Origin: Nitrospinota bacterium
Lineage (GTDB): Bacteria > UBA8248
Direction: 5' to 3'
Assembly: GCA_046581755.1 (NCBI GenBank)
Contig: JAYGFR010000006.1
Coordinates: 1 to 12,138 of the forward strand
Length of the DNA: 12,138 bases
Below the pieces are notes generated by a model that made no database searches, was not told the origin of the DNA, and saw only the letters and a program-made list of their open reading frames with translations. The position numbers and the translations under genes were made by a program. Shown here piece by piece: positions 7,879-12,138 of the stretch. The first letter of the stretch is position 1, and every line of letters starts with the position of its first letter.

Positions 7879-8724
7879 ATGGTCTGGAGCGAAAGCATCA
7901 TGGCTGATGGAATACCCGCCCTCTGGGCGACAGGTTCGATTCCTTGGGTCGAAGTTATTTTGATCCTCGTTGTTGTAAATATTTTGTTGCTGTCGAGTGG
8001 CGGGAAGAAAAATGCCTTTTCCCGTTGGCTGACAAAGACATCGAAGAAGACCGCCAGGAAAAGCAAGGCGATGGCGGTCAAGGCCAAAAATTTAACGTCA
8101 GCCAGAAACGCAAGCGCGCCTCCCGGAAAATAGAGTGGAGCCATGGAGCGGCCGCCCCCGCCGGGTCGTTCACTGTCAGTAAAAAACGGCAAAGAGGGGA
8201 CCAAAACAAAGGATGGGCCGCTAGTGCGTCGCCCGCCAACCGATTTTCTTTCAGCGTCAATAATATCAGAAAGCGATCGGGGAAAACAAGGGATGGGACG
8301 TTCCGACGGGTGCGTTTGAATTAAACCAGTTCAGCGTCAGCAAAACCCGGAAACGCTCGGCCCAGAATAAATGATGGGGCAATGCAGAGGCTCCCGGTTC
8401 CAAAACGTTCAGCGTGAGCTAAATAAGAAAAAGTCATCCCAGAATAAATGAAAAAATGCGGAGGAGCCTGCCCCGAAATTATTCAGTGTCTCTCAAGCCA
8501 AAAAGCGCTCTTCGCAGAACAGGGGATGGTCGGTAAAGGACTTGGTCGAAAATGGCGCGAACGGGGCGGATAAGGAAAAAAAGGCCACCCCCCGGGCCGA
8601 TATCCCAGCCATGAAATCACCGCCTGCCGCTCAGGTGGCCGCGCATTCCGCCCCGCGGGAAAAATCATCCGCCATTCGCATAGGCCGCGGCTCCCTTCGT
8701 CCCCCTAAGCCACTGAATAATTAA
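7879..8724 (+). pseudogene. Broken gene for a single-pass membrane protein with six basic ~26-aa tandem repeats
   Basis: TM helix WVEVILILVVVNILLL, Lys-rich linker, then repeats starting at 8091, 8169, 8250, 8330, 8408 and 8482, and a low-complexity tail to TAA 8722-8724. Joining requires three one-base shifts (A5 at 8086-8090, ~8280-8286, ~8428-8432) and reading through TGA 8372, TAA 8420 and TGA 8449. Confidence 0.7.
8091..8529 (+). repeat. Degenerate tandem repeat, 6 units, periods 78/81/80/78/74 nt
   Basis: Unit heads TTTAACGTCAGC, TTCACTGTCAGT, TTCAGCGTCAAT, TTCAGCGTCAGC, TTCAGCGTGAGC, TTCAGTGTCTCT. Many differences are synonymous in the F-x-V-S frame. CCCAGAATAAATGA is identical in units 4 and 5. 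Confidence 0.85.
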
Positions 8725-8904
8725 CGCTCAATTTCGGCAGGCCACATCGGGACGAAGGCGAATCGACTTTCCCCATAATCGGACCGCGCGGATATTTCGA
8801 GATCCTCCAAAACCGATCCAGTCATGGATGGAGAGAAAATGTACCCATCCGTGGAGATCGTCCGCAGGTCGTAGATTTTATTCGTTAAAAATTTGCATTC
8901 GTTC

Positions 8905-8980
8905 AAAATTCGTTGGGCGCGGAAAATTTCGATTACCGAACAAATTCGGATCCGAAAATTTCCGTGGCCGAATAAATTTT
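8905..8980. other. Long imperfect inverted repeat / stem-loop between convergent genes
   Basis: AAAATTCGTTGGGCG pairs loosely with GGCCGAATAAATTTT, GCGGAAAATTTCG pairs with CGAAAATTTCCGT, and there is an inner CCGAA-caaa-TTCGG hairpin. Confidence 0.5.
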
Positions 8981-9037
8981 AGTCCCCATCGCCGGTCGGA
9001 GAGCCGGGAGAGGCGCGATGTTCCGGGCGCGGGGATT

Positions 9038-9424
9038 TTAATCCCGCTGGGCCAATTCGATGCTGATATTGTCCGGCCCCTTAATGAATGCAATTTTGAC
9101 GCCCGGCCGAATTTCCCAAGGCTCGCAAATAAACTCCGCCCCCTTGGCGCGCAGGTCCTCCGCCGCTTCGTCCATGTTGTTCACGCGAAGTCCGAAATGG
9201 TCGAGCCCATAGCGGGGATCGGAACTCGTGCGGACTGGATCTTCGCCCATGGCGCGGCCCGAAACGATGAAAACCATTCCCTTGAGGTCCATGTTGAACG
9301 ATGGCGCCCCGCCCAGTTCGCGTTCCTGAACGAGGGTGGCGCCGAACATGTCTTCCCAAAATTTTCGGGCCGCGCGGGGATCTTCGCTTCTGAAATGCAA
9401 ATGGTCGTAACCATACGTCGCCAT
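9038..9424 (-). CDS. VOC family protein (glyoxalase/bleomycin resistance/dioxygenase superfamily)
   Basis: YDHLHFRSED...FWEDMFG, GLDHFGLRV.NMDEAAEDLRAKGAEF, IAFIKGPDNISIEL. AGGAG RBS upstream. Confidence 0.92.
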   Translation of the reverse strand: MATYGYDHLHFRSEDPRAARKFWEDMFGATLVQERELGGAPSFNMDLKGMVFIVSGRAMGEDPVRTSSDPRYGLDHFGLRVNNMDEAAEDLRAKGAEFICEPWEIRPGVKIAFIKGPDNISIELAQRD

Positions 9425-9475
9425 TGAATTTCTCCTGAATGATTAAATGATTTGAACGCCGCGAGGGCAAAGAAG

Positions 9476-9814
9476 TTATCCGGCTCCGCCTTCGTCTTGC
9501 TCGAGAAGCCTCTGGGCCTCGGCCATCTCGCGAAAATGGGCGCAGGTGGCGATGAAGTCTTTTTCCATCCGCTCGAACAACTGCTCAATCTGGACCGGGG
9601 TGAGAACATCCGTGAGTTCGGCGAAAACAACTTCCCATGTATTTCCGCCCCGTTCGCCACGCGCCAACTCCTTTTTGGATAGGGTCATCTCGTCGTAGAC
9701 CTCGTGTTCGTGGTCGAGCAATTCGCGGAGTACGGGCTCGTAATTGGGGTCATCGTTATGCACATAACGCATGAGATATGGCTTGAAATTTCGGACTCTG
9801 TGCAATCTTTTCAT
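9476..9814 (-). CDS. Hypothetical acidic helical protein (112 aa)
   Basis: Strong GGAGG RBS before ATG 9814. Protein-like composition. Same strand as, and about 50 nt upstream of, the VOC gene. No family recognised. Confidence 0.7.
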   Translation of the reverse strand: MKRLHRVRNFKPYLMRYVHNDDPNYEPVLRELLDHEHEVYDEMTLSKKELARGERGGNTWEVVFAELTDVLTPVQIEQLFERMEKDFIATCAHFREMAEAQRLLEQDEGGAG

Positions 9815-9904
9815 GTTGGCATTCCTCCAGCGAGTGGATTCTTGCCGGGGCGTCAGTACATTCGCCCGGGTATCGGGTGGAAATCCATAAACGATAGAAT
9901 ATTC

Positions 9905-9910
9905 ATTATA
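9905..9910 (-). promoter_or_regulatory. Candidate sigma70 -10 box for the hypothetical/VOC transcript
   Basis: Perfect TATAAT on the minus strand about 90 nt upstream of ATG 9814, in a divergent intergenic region. No good -35 box seen. Confidence 0.35.
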
Positions 9911-10013
9911 TCCTATTGATTGGCGTGGATCGATGGGAAAATATGGGCGAATATGGCATGATTCCCGCGGGTTCGGGGTTTTTGCGCTGGTTTTGTGGTT
10001 GTGGGGATTATTA

Positions 10014-11138
10014 ATGGAAGATATCCGAGTGGAACGCATGGCGGAGACGATAGCCCGCTATTCCTCCAAAGTGGGGCGCCGCGAGTTAGTTTGCATACGC
10101 GGCGGGATTGCCGCCGCCCCCCTGATTCGCGCGCTCTATGAGGAGTGCCTGAAGCTGGGGGCATTTCCCTACACCCAGGTTTCACTCCCCGGGATAGACG
10201 AGGTGTTCTTTCGGAACGCGAACAAAGAGCAGCTTTCTTATATTTCACCCATTTCTAAGCTCGAAGTCAACCGCGTGGACGTTCTGATCAGTGTGCTCTC
10301 GGAGACGAATACGAAAAGGCTTTCGGCGGTGGATCCCAAGAAGCAGACGGCGGCATCCGTTGCCCGCCAGCCCATCATGAAAACATTCATGAAGCGCTCC
10401 GCCGAGTATGAAAAAACGCGAGGCAAAAAAGGACTCCGCTGGACTCTCACCCTGTTTCCCACCGAGGCCTATGCCCAGGACGCGGAAATGTCTCTTCACG
10501 AATATGAGGATTTCGTCTTTGCCGCCTGTTTCGCCAATAAGGCGGGTGGCGTTGGGCACTGGAAAGCTATCGACAAACACCAAGGCGAGGTCATCCGCTA
10601 TCTCAAGGGGCGAAAGGTAGTCGAGATTGGGGGGCGGGATACCGATCTTCGTATCGGCATCGCGGGGCGGCCGTGGATCAACTGCTCGGGGAGCCATAAC
10701 TTTCCCGATGGCGAAATTTTCACCGGGCCCGAGGAGACGAAGATCGACGGGAAAATTCGCTACTCCTTTCCGGCATGCCTCTCGGGCCGGGAAGTGGAAG
10801 ATGTCCGGCTCACGTTCGAAAAGGGCCGGGTCGTCAAGGCTTCGGCCGAGAAAAACGAGAAATTTCTGAAGACCATGATCGGGATGGACCGGGGAGCAAG
10901 CCGGGTGGGCGAGTTTGCCTTCGGGCTCAATCGGGGAATCCAGCGGTTTACGAAAAACACCCTGTTCGACGAAAAAATCGGGGGCACGCTTCATCTCGCG
11001 CTCGGCAAGGGGTATCCGGAAAGCGGGTCGAAAAACAATTCCGCCCTTCATTGGGATATGGTGTGCGATTTGCGCCGGGGCGGAGAGATTCGGGTGGACG
11101 GCCGGTTATTTTCCAAGAACGGCAAGCTCAAAATTTGA
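10014..11138 (+). CDS. Aminopeptidase, peptidase family M29 (AmpT/AmpS/PepS-like)
   Basis: RWTLTLFPTEAYAQDAEMSL.EYEDFVF, TDLRIGI.GRPWIN, HNFPDGEIFTGP, GASRVGEFAFG, LFDEKIGGTLHLALG..YPE, SALHWDMV. Start placed at ATG 10014 (MEDIRVERMA), which fits the usual N-terminus of the family. Confidence 0.94.
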   Translation: MEDIRVERMAETIARYSSKVGRRELVCIRGGIAAAPLIRALYEECLKLGAFPYTQVSLPGIDEVFFRNANKEQLSYISPISKLEVNRVDVLISVLSETNTKRLSAVDPKKQTAASVARQPIMKTFMKRSAEYEKTRGKKGLRWTLTLFPTEAYAQDAEMSLHEYEDFVFAACFANKAGGVGHWKAIDKHQGEVIRYLKGRKVVEIGGRDTDLRIGIAGRPWINCSGSHNFPDGEIFTGPEETKIDGKIRYSFPACLSGREVEDVRLTFEKGRVVKASAEKNEKFLKTMIGMDRGASRVGEFAFGLNRGIQRFTKNTLFDEKIGGTLHLALGKGYPESGSKNNSALHWDMVCDLRRGGEIRVDGRLFSKNGKLKI

Positions 11139-11175
11139 CCGCTCTATTGCACGTCTTTTGATCGAGGATGAGGTC

Positions 11176-11682
11176 ATGACGCTGTTTTCCATGAAATTTC
11201 GACAGAAGATTACCCGGGTGTTTGGAGTCGTCTTTCTTTTGGGCACCCTGGCGGTGCTATCCGGCTGGCTCGTATCGGCGCAAACGAAGGTGAATAAGCT
11301 GGGGAGTGATTTGTCCAAGGGGCAGGTTCCGGCGCTTGTGAAGAATGCCGGCCAAAAAAAAGCGCTCGCAGAACTTCTGGAACGCCGGCGGGTTGACCTG
11401 GGTTTCGAGCGGATAGAGATGTTCGATCCGAAAGGGGACCCACTGGCCTCGGCCCCGCCCACTTCCCATGGGGCGGAAGAGGAGGAAATCCACGGCGTTT
11501 TGACCTCTGCCCGGACCGAAGTTCGCTCTTCGGGCCGCGAGATCGCCCATGTCGTCGTCTGGCGGAACATGGAGGCCGAGGGGGCGTGGTCGTTGTTGAT
11601 CGGTTTCGCCGCGGGCCTCCTGGCCGCTCTCATCGCATGGCCCGTTATCGTTAGAAAGCTCGCCGAAGAGCAGTCCGCATAG
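11176..11682 (+). CDS. Hypothetical membrane protein with two TM helices flanking a ~100-aa extracytoplasmic domain
   Basis: GAGG RBS before ATG 11176. TM1 VFGVVFLLGTLAVLSGWLV, TM2 WSLLIGFAAGLLAALIAWPVIV. IEMFDPKGDPLAS resembles a Cache/PAS-like sensor strand-turn. Confidence 0.7.
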   Translation: MTLFSMKFRQKITRVFGVVFLLGTLAVLSGWLVSAQTKVNKLGSDLSKGQVPALVKNAGQKKALAELLERRRVDLGFERIEMFDPKGDPLASAPPTSHGAEEEEIHGVLTSARTEVRSSGREIAHVVVWRNMEAEGAWSLLIGFAAGLLAALIAWPVIVRKLAEEQSA

Positions 11683-11727
11683 GCACTTCTCGTGCGGAAT
11701 CTTTCGGCATGCCGCAATGGCCGGCGG

Positions 11728-11756
11728 TTGGATCGCCGCCAGACAGATGGTATCTT
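11728..11756 (+). promoter_or_regulatory. Probable sigma70 promoter of tRNA-Val
   Basis: TTGGAT (11728-33), 17-nt spacer ending in TGG (extended -10), then TATCTT (11751-56), about 20 nt upstream of the tRNA. Confidence 0.5.
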
Positions 11757-11775
11757 CCTGTCCGAATTTCCCCAG

Positions 11776-11851
11776 GGGCGGGTAGCTCAGCTGGGAGAGC
11801 GGTGCCCTTACAAGGCATAGGTCGCAGGTTCGAGTCCTGTCCCGCCCACCA
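11776..11851 (+). tRNA. tRNA-Val (anticodon TAC)
   Basis: 76 nt. Acceptor stem GGGCGGG/CCCGCCC, D arm GCTC..GAGC, anticodon loop CT-TAC-AA (TAC at 11809-11811), T arm GCAGG-TTCGAGT-CCTGT, discriminator A and encoded CCA. Confidence 0.98.
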
Positions 11852-11855
11852 TTAA

Positions 11856-11868
11856 AATCAATGAGTTG
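11856..11868 (+). promoter_or_regulatory. IHF-binding consensus in the att region
   Basis: AATCAA-TGAG-TTG matches WATCAANNNNTTR exactly and starts 5 nt after the tRNA CCA. Confidence 0.6.
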
Positions 11869-11896
11869 TAGTGGTGTGGTTTTTAAAGATGGGTGC

Positions 11897-11916
11897 TAGT
11901 GCCTAAATAGTGCCTA
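11897..11916. repeat. Direct repeat TAGTGCCTA x2, candidate integrase arm-type sites
   Basis: Copies at 11897-11905 and 11908-11916, spaced 11 nt (about one helical turn). The second copy overlaps the integrase stop codon. Confidence 0.6.
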
Positions 11917-12138
11917 TTGGGTCTTGCCTGAGGCCCGTTTTCCCTGTTCTGAGTCCTGCTCGAATGTCTTGTCCAACTCTCCCATAGCATCCTTGAGATG
12001 GCCCGGAGCAAGGTGCTGATAGCGCACCGTCATCCTTGGGTCTTTATGACCCAATATCTCCATGACAGCCCGTTGGGAGACACCCGCCATTGTGAGGGTA
12101 CTGGCGGCATCATGCCGAAGATCGTGAAACCTGAGGTC
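11914..12138 (-). CDS. Tyrosine recombinase / phage integrase, C-terminal fragment (5' part outside the window)
   Basis: Manual translation: DLRFHDLRHDAASTLTMAGVSQRAVMEILGHKDPRMTVRYQHLAPGHLKDAMGELDKTFEQDSEQGKRASGKTQ*. It contains HxLRH, LGH and the catalytic Tyr (VRY). Not in the ORF track. Confidence 0.95.
   Translation of the reverse strand, partial: DLRFHDLRHDAASTLTMAGVSQRAVMEILGHKDPRMTVRYQHLAPGHLKDAMGELDKTFEQDSEQGKRASGKTQ

Larger units (their letters stand above)
11852..12138. mobile_element. Boundary of an integrative element (prophage/genomic island) inserted at the 3' end of tRNA-Val
   Basis: Integrase gene converging on the tRNA, a local drop in GC, an IHF-consensus site and paired 9-bp direct repeats. 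The element continues beyond the window. Confidence 0.8.

Noticed and set aside
7782..8204. Minus-strand 140-aa ORF with a hydrophobic stretch
   Set aside because: Its hydrophobicity is the antisense image of Lys-rich codons of the plus-strand repeat gene, which the repeat structure supports better.
8372..8451. TGA = Gly/Trp alternative genetic code
   Set aside because: The Fe-S protein and the M29 peptidase end at TGA at plausible full length. The same repeat region also contains a TAA and frameshifts.
8091..8529. CRISPR array interpretation of the ~78-nt periodic repeat
   Set aside because: The units are too degenerate, vary mainly at synonymous codon positions and are not palindromic. 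No cas genes are present in the window.
9954..9968. Sigma54-like TGGCATGATTCCCGC upstream of the aminopeptidase
   Set aside because: GG-N10-GC spacing is right, but the TT before GC is missing and nothing else supports it. Too weak to call.
11680..11687. TAGGCACT, an inverted copy of the putative arm repeat on the host side of the tRNA
   Set aside because: A single 8-mer overlapping a stop codon on the chromosomal side, where arm sites are not expected. Compatible with chance.

Overview
GC-rich bacterial chromosomal window. From left to right: (i) the end of a surface-polysaccharide/LPS cluster (partial flippase-like membrane protein, disrupted GT2 glycosyltransferase, intact galE, convergent GT9 heptosyltransferase-like gene); (ii) a 4Fe-4S/CCG-domain oxidoreductase; (iii) a minus-strand pair made of a broken receiver-TPR gene and a stand-alone PilZ-domain gene; (iv) a frameshifted GT4 glycosyltransferase; (v) an AT-rich spacer followed by a cryptic broken gene, missed by the ORF track, for a membrane-anchored basic protein with six ~26-aa tandem repeats (consensus F-S-V-S-x-x-R-K-R-S-x-Q-N-K-G-W); (vi) a VOC/glyoxalase gene, a hypothetical gene, an M29 aminopeptidase and a 2-TM protein; (vii) tRNA-Val(TAC) followed by an att-like junction and the C-terminus of a tyrosine integrase, i.e. 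the edge of an integrated element. Coding lesions are concentrated in four genes while about 5 kb of neighbouring enzyme genes are intact. The repeat-protein locus at 7879-8724 is the most unusual feature.
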